From a virus (lineage: Duplodnaviria > Caudoviricetes): 64,000 nt of DNA. Under the pieces are notes generated by a model. The model was given only the letters and a program-made list of their open reading frames with translations. It was not told the origin of the DNA and did no database searches. The position numbers and the translations under genes were made by a program. Where the stretch lies: the IMG/VR virus record IMGVR_UViG_3300033067_000859, positions 1-64,000 of that record; one strand, 5' to 3'. Below are positions 1-9,058 of this stretch, piece by piece (position 1 is the stretch's first letter; the number at the start of each line of letters is the position of its first letter).

Positions 1-3
1 AAT

Positions 4-723
4 TTGACACAATTACAATATAGAGAAGAAGATGGCCGACCGCTGAGTCAGGTTATCCGTAGCAGACTTAAAGACAATAACAAACGTTTTTGGGCTGGCG
101 ACAACATTAGCGAGTACATTAGTGATGTTGAAAAAGACGCATTAATTAACGAAGCAACAGCAGCGTTCGAACAAGTGCTAGACAGCCTGATAATCGATCG
201 CGAAAACGATCCCAATAGCAAAGGTACTGCAAGACGACTTGCCAAGATGTACTACAATGAAATTATGGCAGGTAGATATGACCCAGCACCAGACGCAACA
301 GCATTTCCAAACGACTCGGCAGACCGTTACGAAGGTATGTTGGTTGTTCGTAGTGAGCTTCGCAGTATGTGTAGTCATCATCACCAACCCGTTAGTGGCG
401 TTGCTTATATTGGCATTATTGCTGCCCAGAAACTCATTGGACTCAGCAAGTACACAAGAATCGCACAATGGTGCGCACGACGAGGTACTCTCCAGGAGGA
501 ACTTTGCAATGATATTGCTCGGGAAATCTCAAAAGCAACAGACTCCGAAAATGTAGCTGTATACATTCAAGCTGTACACGGATGCTGTGAGAATCGTGGC
601 ATCATGGCACACAGTAGCCTAACACAAACGACAGTGTTGCAAGGATCGTTTAAAACAGATTCTAGTGTCAAGAAAGAATTCTTCGACAACATCAAACTTC
701 AACAAGAATTTGCACCACGCTAA
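4..723 (+). CDS. folE: GTP cyclohydrolase I
   Basis: Motifs RSMCSHH, GLSKYTR, LQEEL and HGCCENRG match the Zn-binding GCH-I pattern; lies near queD and queE. The start may lie outside the window. Confidence 0.93.
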   Translation: MTQLQYREEDGRPLSQVIRSRLKDNNKRFWAGDNISEYISDVEKDALINEATAAFEQVLDSLIIDRENDPNSKGTARRLAKMYYNEIMAGRYDPAPDATAFPNDSADRYEGMLVVRSELRSMCSHHHQPVSGVAYIGIIAAQKLIGLSKYTRIAQWCARRGTLQEELCNDIAREISKATDSENVAVYIQAVHGCCENRGIMAHSSLTQTTVLQGSFKTDSSVKKEFFDNIKLQQEFAPR

Positions 724-732
724 GGATCATAT

Positions 733-1191
733 ATGAAGTGGCTACTTAATTGGTTAGCACGACACGATCGTAAACGCATTGTAATGGACCGAATAAATGA
801 CGAACCCTATCTCGAACGATATTACCTTTTCCTTAAGGACCGAACTTGGTTCCCCTTTAATGTGTTCCTTCATAAATTTCTTAAGTCAGACCCCGATGAT
901 GTGCATGATCACCCATGGTCTTATTTTACATTAATACTAAAAGGTGGATATTATGAATGGCTTCCGCAATTTGACAGCAATGGTAACAAAATCAGTGAGC
1001 TACAAGTTTGGCGAGGACCCGGCCATTTTCGTGTATCTCGCGCTACTAGCTATCATCGTATTGAGCTTGACCCTAGCGTAACTTGTTGGACTTTGTTTAT
1101 GCCCGGGCCGCAGCAGCGCGAATGGGGTTTCTTGAGCAAAGGTCATTGGGTACAACACGAAGAATATCTTAGTAGCCGGGCTAGAAAATGA
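733..1191 (+). CDS. Cupin-fold putative metal-binding protein
   Basis: HDHPW...GGYYE...YHRIEL pattern is typical of cupin metal ligands; embedded in the folE-queD cluster. Confidence 0.6.
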   Translation: MKWLLNWLARHDRKRIVMDRINDEPYLERYYLFLKDRTWFPFNVFLHKFLKSDPDDVHDHPWSYFTLILKGGYYEWLPQFDSNGNKISELQVWRGPGHFRVSRATSYHRIELDPSVTCWTLFMPGPQQREWGFLSKGHWVQHEEYLSSRARK

Positions 1192-1526
1192 TATATTTGC
1201 CACCAGGATGTAGCGTCAACTACCCGATTTATATCGAGATTAAGGAAATGACCAATGCCATTGTAGATTGGTATAAACTAATCGGCGGTTCGGTTACTAT
1301 AGATGAAACTTACGATAATCGCGGTCGCAAAAAAGAGCGCGAGTTTGTACAATATGGCAAAGGTAAGAAGTGCCATTATCGTGCAGATGGTTCGAATGGT
1401 ATTCGATTACACTTTGCCGGCGAAGATGCTAGTGTAGCCAGCATGTTCATAATTAAATTTATGGATGTTATTGAGCAACATAATCTTAGAGAACAATCCG
1501 AGCGAGCATTATTTGGATTAAATTAA
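1188..1526 (+). CDS. Hypothetical protein
   Basis: 112-aa ORF with ATGA overlap to the upstream gene. Confidence 0.7.
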   Translation: MIYLPPGCSVNYPIYIEIKEMTNAIVDWYKLIGGSVTIDETYDNRGRKKEREFVQYGKGKKCHYRADGSNGIRLHFAGEDASVASMFIIKFMDVIEQHNLREQSERALFGLN

Positions 1527-1527
1527 C

Positions 1528-1594
1528 AGCGGCCTTTCTGGCATTCATCCCGCTATATAAATTCTGCAAGCCTATGCTATAATTAACATAGGAG
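1528..1594 (+). promoter_or_regulatory. Structured 5' region of queD: stem AGCGG/CCGCT, anti-SD hairpin CCTATG/CATAGG and an extended -10 (TGcTATAAT)
   Basis: 1528-1532 pairs with 1550-1554; 1571-1576 pairs with 1587-1592 and covers the AGGAG SD at 1590-1594; TGCTATAAT is at 1575-1583. Confidence 0.5.
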
Positions 1595-1600
1595 AAAAAC

Positions 1601-2155
1601 ATGGCAAATTCATCAACCGGCGACTTAATTCGCCACTTAGAAGAAAACTTAGAAAATCACAAACCAGTCGTATACAAGTACACGTCAACTAAAGAGTATC
1701 ACGATGCTTTCCCTTGCGCATATCGTCAATGGCGGGCAGACTCTCACTGCAATTTAATTCATGGCTATAGCTTTAGCATGAAGTTCTATTTTGGCACTAA
1801 CGACTTAGATGTTCGCAATTGGGCAGCTGACTACGGTGGATTAAAAGAACTCAAGAAGACCTTAGAAGATCAATTCGACCATACATTGATTGTTGCACAA
1901 GATGATCCAGAAATGGAGACTTTTAAATTGCTGCAAGAAAAGAATATGGCTAAGATCGTTGTGCTACCTAAACTAGGGTGCGAAGGCCTTAGCGACATGC
2001 TGTACAAATATGTTAATGGCGTTTACATTCCCGAAATGTGGGGCCCACATGAAGCGGAACGCTTGTGGTGCTATCGCGTAGAAGTTAGGGAAACACAAAG
2101 CAACATGGCCTTCCGTGAAGGGCACCGTGAATGGAACGAGGATTTGTTTGCATGA
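1601..2155 (+). CDS. queD: 6-carboxytetrahydropterin synthase (QueD/PTPS family, divergent)
   Basis: HCNLIHGYSF, DYGGLKELK, FDHTLIV and CEGL motifs; strong SD; folE/queE context. Confidence 0.85.
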   Translation: MANSSTGDLIRHLEENLENHKPVVYKYTSTKEYHDAFPCAYRQWRADSHCNLIHGYSFSMKFYFGTNDLDVRNWAADYGGLKELKKTLEDQFDHTLIVAQDDPEMETFKLLQEKNMAKIVVLPKLGCEGLSDMLYKYVNGVYIPEMWGPHEAERLWCYRVEVRETQSNMAFREGHREWNEDLFA

Positions 2156-2271
2156 ACGACGGCCTAGATGATGAACAAGCAAAACTAGGAGGCAGGATCT
2201 TGATATGTTTGATCCTGTTCTTTACTAGCCCATTTTGGGTAGGATACTTACTACACGTTTTTGAAGGTTAA
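2152..2271 (+). CDS. Small 39-aa membrane protein (not in ORF track)
   Basis: MNDGLDDEQAKLGGRILICLILFFTSPFWVGYLLHVFEG; ATGA overlap with the queD stop; ends immediately before the next ATG at 2272. Confidence 0.65.
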   Translation: MNDGLDDEQAKLGGRILICLILFFTSPFWVGYLLHVFEG

Positions 2272-2460
2272 ATGATGAAATTTAAATTAGGTGATTTAGT
2301 TAAAAAAGTTTCCGGGTCGCAGTGGCACGGAACTGTAGTTGGTACATACTCAACTGAGTTAACACCCGAGGGCTATGCTGTTGAGAGTTCTACCGAGCGT
2401 GGCTCGGTACAGATTTACCCTGCAAAAGCCCTTGAGCTTTGGACTAAGGAGTCGCAATGA
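2272..2460 (+). CDS. Hypothetical protein (small SH3-like beta protein)
   Basis: [22 protein letters not shown] pattern; tightly packed with neighbours. Confidence 0.7.
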   Translation: MMKFKLGDLVKKVSGSQWHGTVVGTYSTELTPEGYAVESSTERGSVQIYPAKALELWTKESQ

Positions 2461-2744
2461 ACGTTATTGCACAATTTTATTGGGACTGCGGTCGCATGGG
2501 CGATGTTGACGGGCTCTTTGTTACTACTAAAGAGGCACTGGCAAAAGCATATGGCAAAGAAGTGTACTTTGGCGAGATCTTAGGCAAGCATTCCGAAGTA
2601 GCTGGGACACTAAACGAAAGTGATATCACAGTCCTCACAGAAGACCAAGACTTTATTACAAAGTTTATTGAGATTATGGGCGACGGTACACTGTCCGGAT
2701 ATAACCCGTTGGAATATCTACAGGATGAAACTGATGATGAATAA
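2457..2744 (+). CDS. Hypothetical protein
   Basis: Acidic 95-aa ORF with ATGA overlap and SD (AAGGAG). Confidence 0.7.
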   Translation: MNVIAQFYWDCGRMGDVDGLFVTTKEALAKAYGKEVYFGEILGKHSEVAGTLNESDITVLTEDQDFITKFIEIMGDGTLSGYNPLEYLQDETDDE

Positions 2745-3015
2745 ACGAGTTACAGAAGCTATGGACCTCTTGCAAGAAGAGTGCGGTGAAGTTATAGTAG
2801 AAGTTAGCAAATGCAATCGCTTTGGCCTAAATACTCTACACTACAAAACTGGTGTAGAGCATAGAGCTATGCTAGAGCAAGAGATTGGCGATGTTCTAGC
2901 ATTAGTTGATGTGCTAATGGAAGAAGGCATTGTTAGTCACGCTGGCTTACTCGATGCCAAACTGAAAAAGATTGAAAAACTCAAGAAATGGTCTAAGTTA
3001 TATGAGCAAAATTAA
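2734..3015 (+). CDS. MazG-like nucleotide pyrophosphohydrolase
   Basis: LLQEECGEV...EQEIGDVLALV (EExxE...ExxD) motif; start reassigned from 2620 to about 2734. Confidence 0.75.
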   Translation: MMNKRVTEAMDLLQEECGEVIVEVSKCNRFGLNTLHYKTGVEHRAMLEQEIGDVLALVDVLMEEGIVSHAGLLDAKLKKIEKLKKWSKLYEQN

Positions 3016-3859
3016 AATAGCAGAATTATTTTACAGCATTCAAGGCGAAGGGCGTTACATGGGCGTCCCTTCTGTGTTCTTGCGTACTTTTGGATGTAAC
3101 TTCAAATGCGCAGGATTTGGTATGCCACGTGGAGAACTGAGCAACGAAGCAGAAACGGTTGCTAGAGAGCATGCGATGTTGCCGTACAAAGACTACAAAG
3201 AACTGCCTCTAGTATCCACTGGCTGCGACAGTTACGCTAGCTGGCACCCAGACTTTAAAGAACTAAGCCCAATGCTGACTAGTGATGCTATTGTAGATCG
3301 CACAATGGAAATCTTGCCAGGCAATGAGTGGGGCGATGCACATCTTGTTATTACCGGAGGCGAGCCATTGCTAGGCTGGCAACGTGCTTATCCAGACTTG
3401 CTGTCACATCCTAAAATGGCAGGCTTGAAAGAGATTACTTTTGAAACAAACGGTACTCAAAAACTAACTCCAGAGTTTTATAGCTTCTTGAAGGAATGGC
3501 GTCACGCTGCGCCGTTTGAACGAGAAATCACGTTCAGCGTCAGTGCTAAACTTCCTTGCAGTGGCGAGAAGTGGGAAGATGCTATTTGCCCGGAAATTGT
3601 AGAAGAATACGAAAAGGTCGGAACTACGTATTTGAAATTTGTTATTGCCACCGAACAAGACTTTGCCGATGCAGAGTGTGCCATTGCTGCATATCGTGAG
3701 GCAGGATTTACAGGGCATGTTTATCTAATGCCAGTAGGCGGCGTGGAAACTGTTTACGCACTGAACAATCGCACAGTAGCAGACTTAGCTATGAAGCACG
3801 GCCTGCGATACAGTGATAGATTGCAAGTGCCGCTCTTCAAGAACGAATGGGGCACTTGA
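3002..3859 (+). CDS. queE: 7-carboxy-7-deazaguanine synthase (radical SAM)
   Basis: ELFYSIQGEG, VFLRTFGCNFKC...GCDS, VITGGEPLL and FETNGT motifs; start reassigned to MSKIKI at 3002. Confidence 0.9.
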   Translation: MSKIKIAELFYSIQGEGRYMGVPSVFLRTFGCNFKCAGFGMPRGELSNEAETVAREHAMLPYKDYKELPLVSTGCDSYASWHPDFKELSPMLTSDAIVDRTMEILPGNEWGDAHLVITGGEPLLGWQRAYPDLLSHPKMAGLKEITFETNGTQKLTPEFYSFLKEWRHAAPFEREITFSVSAKLPCSGEKWEDAICPEIVEEYEKVGTTYLKFVIATEQDFADAECAIAAYREAGFTGHVYLMPVGGVETVYALNNRTVADLAMKHGLRYSDRLQVPLFKNEWGT

Positions 3860-4116
3860 TTAAAACAGTCAGGTACTATTACGATATTATGACAGAGTCA
3901 TACGATCCGTTTTACGAACGTGCCGCGTGGTCGCTAACATTTGCTTGGCGCCCACGTCGTTGCGAAATATCTAACAAGCTACTTTGGCTCGAGCATGCAT
4001 ACTGCGGCACTAGAATAATCACCGGGCCCGGATCTGATGTTATCGAACAGCGCTGGCACGAAAAGAACGAGCACCTTATATGGTGCATGAAAGGAAACTA
4101 TGGGATTTTTAAATAA
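3847..4116 (+). CDS. Hypothetical protein
   Basis: Trp-rich 89-aa ORF overlapping its neighbours. Confidence 0.6.
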   Translation: MGHLIKTVRYYYDIMTESYDPFYERAAWSLTFAWRPRRCEISNKLLWLEHAYCGTRIITGPGSDVIEQRWHEKNEHLIWCMKGNYGIFK

Positions 4117-4543
4117 ACTATTCGGTAAGAAAGACTTACCCGAGAATCGAGGATTACCTGAGCCCAAGCAGGTTCCCGAAATGCCTAAGGTAAAAAAGCC
4201 ACGTAAACCAAGAGCTGCAAAAAAGGAGCCTGTAGTTAGCGAAAAGCAGCTTGCTACTGAGCGTGGAGATCCTTATATTGCAATTCTCAGCGTGGATCTT
4301 GATCCAGACAACATCGGTAACGGTGCGTTTGAACTCGACTGGAATGACAAGTTTCTTGCTAACTTAATTCGTGCAGGTTACCAGTCCAAGCCCGGGGAGA
4401 GTGAACACATCATTGTCGATCGTTGGTTCAGAAGTGTATGCCAGAATGTTCTACTGGAGAACTTTGAACAGGAGCTCGCAGATCCCGAAAAGAGATCTAT
4501 TGTTCAGCGCGACATTGGCAATGGCCGCACTGAGGTGTCGTGA
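4100..4543 (+). CDS. Hypothetical protein
   Basis: 147-aa ORF with SD (AAGGA); basic Pro-rich N-terminus. Confidence 0.75.
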   Translation: MGFLNKLFGKKDLPENRGLPEPKQVPEMPKVKKPRKPRAAKKEPVVSEKQLATERGDPYIAILSVDLDPDNIGNGAFELDWNDKFLANLIRAGYQSKPGESEHIIVDRWFRSVCQNVLLENFEQELADPEKRSIVQRDIGNGRTEVS

Positions 4544-4752
4544 CCGAATTTGAGATCAGCGGTAGACCTGACTGGGTTGCAGATCAACTTGATGTTTTAG
4601 TCAGCCCACGCAAATACCATCTACACAACCGTATCGGAGGGGTCGACTGGGAAGTTCGCCCGGGCTTTCAAACATACGGCTGGACCATTACACAAGTTCG
4701 AGTCAGTGATCCCAAACTTGCAACCTATCTTATCTTAAAACTATCAAAGTAA
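4540..4752 (+). CDS. Hypothetical protein
   Basis: GTGA overlap start; 70 aa. Confidence 0.6.
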   Translation: MTEFEISGRPDWVADQLDVLVSPRKYHLHNRIGGVDWEVRPGFQTYGWTITQVRVSDPKLATYLILKLSK

Positions 4753-4757
4753 ACAGC

Positions 4758-4786
4758 TTGACTCAAATTGAGTTATATGCTATTAT
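4758..4786 (+). promoter_or_regulatory. Sigma70-like promoter for rnh
   Basis: TTGACT-N17-TATTAT; ATG 6 nt downstream. Confidence 0.65.
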
Positions 4787-4792
4787 TACGTT

Positions 4793-5797
4793 ATGAACTA
4801 TCTACTTGTCGACACTGCAAACACTTTCTTTAGAGCAAGACACAGCGCCAGCCAGCAAAGCGATGCATGGACTAAATTGGGCTTTGCTATTCACGTGACA
4901 CTAGCCAGCGTTAACAAATCCTGGCGAGATCAAAAAGCAGACCATGTTGTATTCTGCCTCGAAGGTCGCAGCTGGCGTAAAGACTTTTACGAGCCTTATA
5001 AAAAGAATCGCAGTGTAGCTCGTGCTGCATTGACTGAAGAACAGCAAGAAGAAGACCAGATGTTTTGGGATGCATTTGATAGTCTTAAAACATTCTTGCA
5101 AGAAAAAACTAACTGCACAGTACTGCAACACAAGCAACTTGAAGCAGACGACTTAATTGCTGGCTTCATTCAAGCACACCCTAACGACCATCACACAATT
5201 GTTAGTAGCGACACAGACTACTACCAATTGCTTGCGCCCAACGTTAATCAGTACAACGGTATCACTGATGAGTTGCATACTATTAGTGGTATCTACGACA
5301 AGAAGGGCAAGCTTATCATTGATAAGAAAACAAAGCTTCCTAAAGAGGTTCCGGATCCGGCTTACATTCTTTTCCTAAAATGTATTCGCGGTGACTCTAC
5401 AGACAACGTGTTTTCTGCATATCCAGGTGTGCGAGAAAAAGGTACCAAAAATAAAATTGGTATCAAAGAAGCATTTGAAGATCGTAACAAACAGGGCTTT
5501 GACTGGAATAACTTCATGTTGCAAAAGTGGGTTGACCACAATGAAGTTGAGCACAAAGTACTTGACGACTATCAGCGCAATCGCACACTGATTGACTTGT
5601 CTGCACAGCCGCCCGAGATTCGTGCGCTCATTAATGAGACTATTACCGCAGGTAGCGTAAAACTAAATCGCCCCATGGTAGGAGCACACTTTTTGAAGTT
5701 TTGTGGAAAATACGAACTCAACCGACTAAGCGACCAAGCTCAGAACTTTTCCGAGCTGTTGAGCGCAAGCTACCCAGAAGATAAAGGAACACAATGA
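4793..5797 (+). CDS. rnh: T4-type RNase H / 5'-3' exonuclease
   Basis: LLVDTANTFFR, YKKNR, LEADDLIA, SSDTDYYQL and GDSTDNV flap-nuclease acidic motifs. Confidence 0.9.
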   Translation: MNYLLVDTANTFFRARHSASQQSDAWTKLGFAIHVTLASVNKSWRDQKADHVVFCLEGRSWRKDFYEPYKKNRSVARAALTEEQQEEDQMFWDAFDSLKTFLQEKTNCTVLQHKQLEADDLIAGFIQAHPNDHHTIVSSDTDYYQLLAPNVNQYNGITDELHTISGIYDKKGKLIIDKKTKLPKEVPDPAYILFLKCIRGDSTDNVFSAYPGVREKGTKNKIGIKEAFEDRNKQGFDWNNFMLQKWVDHNEVEHKVLDDYQRNRTLIDLSAQPPEIRALINETITAGSVKLNRPMVGAHFLKFCGKYELNRLSDQAQNFSELLSASYPEDKGTQ

Positions 5798-6273
5798 CAC
5801 TAGAAGCTAAACCGGTAGTTAAGAACAAATTCTGGATCGTTGAGCAAGAAGGCAAGACTATTGCCACTATTCAGGCCGCGCCCGGTGGCGTTGTATTTGT
5901 TCACGGCGCCGAGCGTGAAAAATTTACAAATATAAAGCTACTCAGCGCCAAGTATAATATCAAAGTAAGTAGAGCTGTTAAGAAGTCACAAACTGTCAAT
6001 AAATCGTACGAAATTTACGATTTTCCTACTGTTTGTAAGCCTTATAATGAGATCTACGATGTAGCACACAAACTGCCATTTTTTACTAAAATTTCTAAAA
6101 GTAAAAGCTACTTCTGCGCCGGGTATTACGCAATCATGGTAAACGACACATGGGAGACACAATTCTGCCCTAAGAGAATTACAGTTCGCCGATACAAATA
6201 TCACGGGCCATTTAAAACTCTAGAACAAGCTACAGCTAAAGCACACCAACTGAATAGTACTATTATTCGTTAA
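5794..6273 (+). CDS. Hypothetical protein
   Basis: 159-aa ORF with ATGA overlap and SD. Confidence 0.75.
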   Translation: MTLEAKPVVKNKFWIVEQEGKTIATIQAAPGGVVFVHGAEREKFTNIKLLSAKYNIKVSRAVKKSQTVNKSYEIYDFPTVCKPYNEIYDVAHKLPFFTKISKSKSYFCAGYYAIMVNDTWETQFCPKRITVRRYKYHGPFKTLEQATAKAHQLNSTIIR

Positions 6274-6290
6274 CTACGCATAAGATAACG

Positions 6291-6297
6291 ATAAATA
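6291..6297 (+). promoter_or_regulatory. T4-like late promoter motif (ATAAATA)
   Basis: Intergenic; the same motif recurs upstream of structural genes, and gp55 is encoded in the window. Confidence 0.45.
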
Positions 6298-6321
6298 ATA
6301 CATCAAAGTAGGTAATTTAAC

Positions 6322-6609
6322 ATGTCGAGACCAAAACCAACAGTAGTTCTAGAAAATATCGATCGTACTACATACAAGTGCGACCAAGTATTAGATAGCG
6401 AGGGTATCTGGGCTGTGTTCTGCGATAACAAGCCCATTAATCTTAAGACGCACAATATGCTAGTGAGCTATCCTAGCCCCAAGTACAAAAAAGTTAGTTT
6501 TTCGAACCCAGGGCATGCCATTAATTTGGCCAAAAAACTAAATGCACTGTACAAGACCGAGAAGTTTACAGTAGTACTCCTCAAGCAAGGTGACCAAGTC
6601 TACCCTTAA
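6322..6609 (+). CDS. Hypothetical protein
   Basis: 95-aa ORF following the late-promoter motif. Confidence 0.75.
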   Translation: MSRPKPTVVLENIDRTTYKCDQVLDSEGIWAVFCDNKPINLKTHNMLVSYPSPKYKKVSFSNPGHAINLAKKLNALYKTEKFTVVLLKQGDQVYP

Positions 6610-6955
6610 TCAAGACCAATGGGTTGAGTTATTTCGTCAGCAGCCTGACTTTCCTATAAAAGGAAATCCTAGGTCGACGATATTTTTCAACCCAACTAAT
6701 CATGTCAGCATGCGCCTGACAAACACTGGATGCAAGTACCTCATAAAGCATCTAAAGCTCAAGAGCTACGAATTCAAGCTAGCCAAGGCCATAACTCCTA
6801 AAATTCTGTTGCAATTAGAACGACAGTTGCACTCTGTTTATTACATTGCCCACGTTCATAAAGTGGTTGTATTTGACGAAACTACTGCAATTATGTTACA
6901 ATTGCATGGTAGCGATTTAGAAACTTACTTAGACAATTTGGAACAACATCAATGA
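6590..6955 (+). CDS. Hypothetical protein
   Basis: 121-aa ORF packed between its neighbours. Confidence 0.7.
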   Translation: MTKSTLNQDQWVELFRQQPDFPIKGNPRSTIFFNPTNHVSMRLTNTGCKYLIKHLKLKSYEFKLAKAITPKILLQLERQLHSVYYIAHVHKVVVFDETTAIMLQLHGSDLETYLDNLEQHQ

Positions 6956-7383
6956 TTTACTACTTTGCATACGGTATAAATACCAACTTGGATCAAATGG
7001 CTCAGCGGTGCCCTGGGGCCAAGTGCCTGGGCCCAGCAACACTGCCTGGATATCGATTCCGATTTGCTGGGCATGCGGATGTTGTAATTGACCGTAAAAG
7101 CTCAGTTGAAGGTGTGCTGTGGATGCTGACTGAGGACTGCCTTGTTGCACTTGATCTGCTCGAAGGATACCCAGTGTACTACAATTCAGACGAGCTCGAA
7201 GTTGAATACGACGGTGGTATTTTGCTAGCAGAAGTATATTACATGAACCCAGGTGTGCCCGATGGGGCACCGTCTGACAGCTACTTAGACATGGTTGTCG
7301 AGGGATACAAACAAAATGGAATCGCTACAGATCAAATTGACATGTGGTTTGATCGAGTTGACAACTCTGTCCAATTCTCTTAA
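6952..7383 (+). CDS. Gamma-glutamylcyclotransferase (AIG2-like) family protein
   Basis: YFAYGIN...QMAQRCPGA, GYRFRF, VEGVLW and LDLLEGYP motifs. Confidence 0.85.
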   Translation: MIYYFAYGINTNLDQMAQRCPGAKCLGPATLPGYRFRFAGHADVVIDRKSSVEGVLWMLTEDCLVALDLLEGYPVYYNSDELEVEYDGGILLAEVYYMNPGVPDGAPSDSYLDMVVEGYKQNGIATDQIDMWFDRVDNSVQFS

Positions 7384-7409
7384 AATAAACTTTTAACTAA
7401 GGAGCTAGC

Positions 7410-7688
7410 ATGCAATCTTATCTGGACGTATCCCGCCGGCCTGTTATTGTATTTGATGCCAAGAACGCAGAACATCGCAAGCATGTTGCCGAGTTTCTTA
7501 AAACTGGCACATGGGCCAATTGCCCAGTGGCATTTTATGCGCCCGATGGCATTAGTGTCAAAGCATACGCTACAGAAACTCTTGTAAATTTTTATTTGCA
7601 ACAAGAATTCAATGCATCCAAAAAACGAGCAGCAGTAAAGACTAATGCCAGCGGCAAACTTATTGCTGCTGGGTCTAAGACTGTATGA
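7410..7688 (+). CDS. Hypothetical protein
   Basis: Strong SD (AAGGAG); 92 aa. Confidence 0.75.
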   Translation: MQSYLDVSRRPVIVFDAKNAEHRKHVAEFLKTGTWANCPVAFYAPDGISVKAYATETLVNFYLQQEFNASKKRAAVKTNASGKLIAAGSKTV

Positions 7689-8041
7689 GCATTGCAGACG
7701 ATTACGAGGGCAATACGTTTATTCTCTGCTGGGATATGTATGGTCTTGAATCATGTATCAATGCATCTCAGCTTGACCGTGAGCGTATTTGGGATACCCT
7801 AGCAGATAGAGAACCAAATCGTGATAAACTAAGTTCTATCGTACATGCAATGACACTGCGAGCTCGATTTAACTCACAGAGGCATTATGAAATCTATGCG
7901 ATTGATGTATCTGCTGACATCACCGAAGATACTATGGTTAATAGTTTCGGTGCTGACCCACAGGGAATGGCTGAACTAATTCGGGCCCGCGGTAGACAAC
8001 TCTATAGCAATCGTGTAACAGGCGATATTAAAATAACATAA
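7685..8041 (+). CDS. Hypothetical protein
   Basis: ATGA overlap; 118 aa. Confidence 0.75.
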   Translation: MSIADDYEGNTFILCWDMYGLESCINASQLDRERIWDTLADREPNRDKLSSIVHAMTLRARFNSQRHYEIYAIDVSADITEDTMVNSFGADPQGMAELIRARGRQLYSNRVTGDIKIT

Positions 8042-9048
8042 TGCCAAAAACTATTATTCATACTTGCAGTAGCGCACTTGTTCGCCCCAACGGCATTGTG
8101 CGTTACATCAATGCATTAATCAATCTACAACAAGAACAAGGGCATTGTGTAATCTTTGTCACTGATGCCAAGCCCACTCAACGTATTGATGCCAATTATG
8201 TTGTATACGCAGACGAGGTCAGCACGTATGTGCCTAACACCAAAGATGGGCATGTTTGGTTGCAAGTAGATGCCGATATTGTCAAAAAGATCCGTAGTGT
8301 TTACCAAGATAACATTACAACAGCCAACTTGGTAATCTCGCATGATTTACAAAGTTACTTGGCTCTCGAAGGAATCGTTAATGATGGTATCTTTGTACAA
8401 CACGAAAGCGATGTTCTGACCCCAGGCTCTCGCTGGAGTTATCTCAGTGACGAATACCTAAAGGCACAAAATTCAGTAGTCAAGTCTAGCGCATGGCGTA
8501 TTGGCAACACTGTAGCAAGTGACTATATTAAGCCTGCACGTTCAGTGTACACGCCTATGCCTTTTACGGAAATTCCGCAATTACACAAAGACAAAACAAA
8601 AGGTTTGCTGTACGTTGGCGATGCCACTGAGCGTAAAGGTGCCCGTGAGTTCATGGCAGTTGCTCGCGAGCTAGGAGTCCGGCCCACTGTTATTACACAC
8701 GAGGTCGACTCGGACTTGTTTGATGGTGCAGATGTACATTCATTTTCGCTCAATCAACGAGACGAGATGTATTATCTAATGGCCCAGCATCGTGTGGCTT
8801 TTATCAGCAGTCGTAACGAATGTCCGGGCCTTGTTGTTCCCGAATGCCTACAGTTCATGCCAGTAGTAGTCAATGCAGACTACAAATGGACTAAGTTTGT
8901 AGAGGGCATGGGTGCTACGTTAGTTCCAGGCAAGGAAATCGTTGACACGCTGTACGACATGTTGCATAATAAATGCCCGCATGATCGGCGTCTATTAGAG
9001 TCGTGGGCCTGGCATGCAAGGCAAATTTGGAAAAACTTAGTGGCTTAA
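8041..9048 (+). CDS. GT-B fold glycosyltransferase (GT4-like)
   Basis: N-terminal RPNGIVRY, LLYVGDATERKG and SRNECPGLVVPE (E-x7-E) motifs. Confidence 0.7.
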   Translation: MPKTIIHTCSSALVRPNGIVRYINALINLQQEQGHCVIFVTDAKPTQRIDANYVVYADEVSTYVPNTKDGHVWLQVDADIVKKIRSVYQDNITTANLVISHDLQSYLALEGIVNDGIFVQHESDVLTPGSRWSYLSDEYLKAQNSVVKSSAWRIGNTVASDYIKPARSVYTPMPFTEIPQLHKDKTKGLLYVGDATERKGAREFMAVARELGVRPTVITHEVDSDLFDGADVHSFSLNQRDEMYYLMAQHRVAFISSRNECPGLVVPECLQFMPVVVNADYKWTKFVEGMGATLVPGKEIVDTLYDMLHNKCPHDRRLLESWAWHARQIWKNLVA

Positions 9049-9058
9049 GGAAAAAGCA

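Noticed and set aside
2620-2733. Long N-terminal extension of the MazG-like ORF
   Set aside because: It overlaps the upstream gene out of frame; the more likely start is about 2734. Similar start corrections were made for queE, DegT, gp55 and the toxin.
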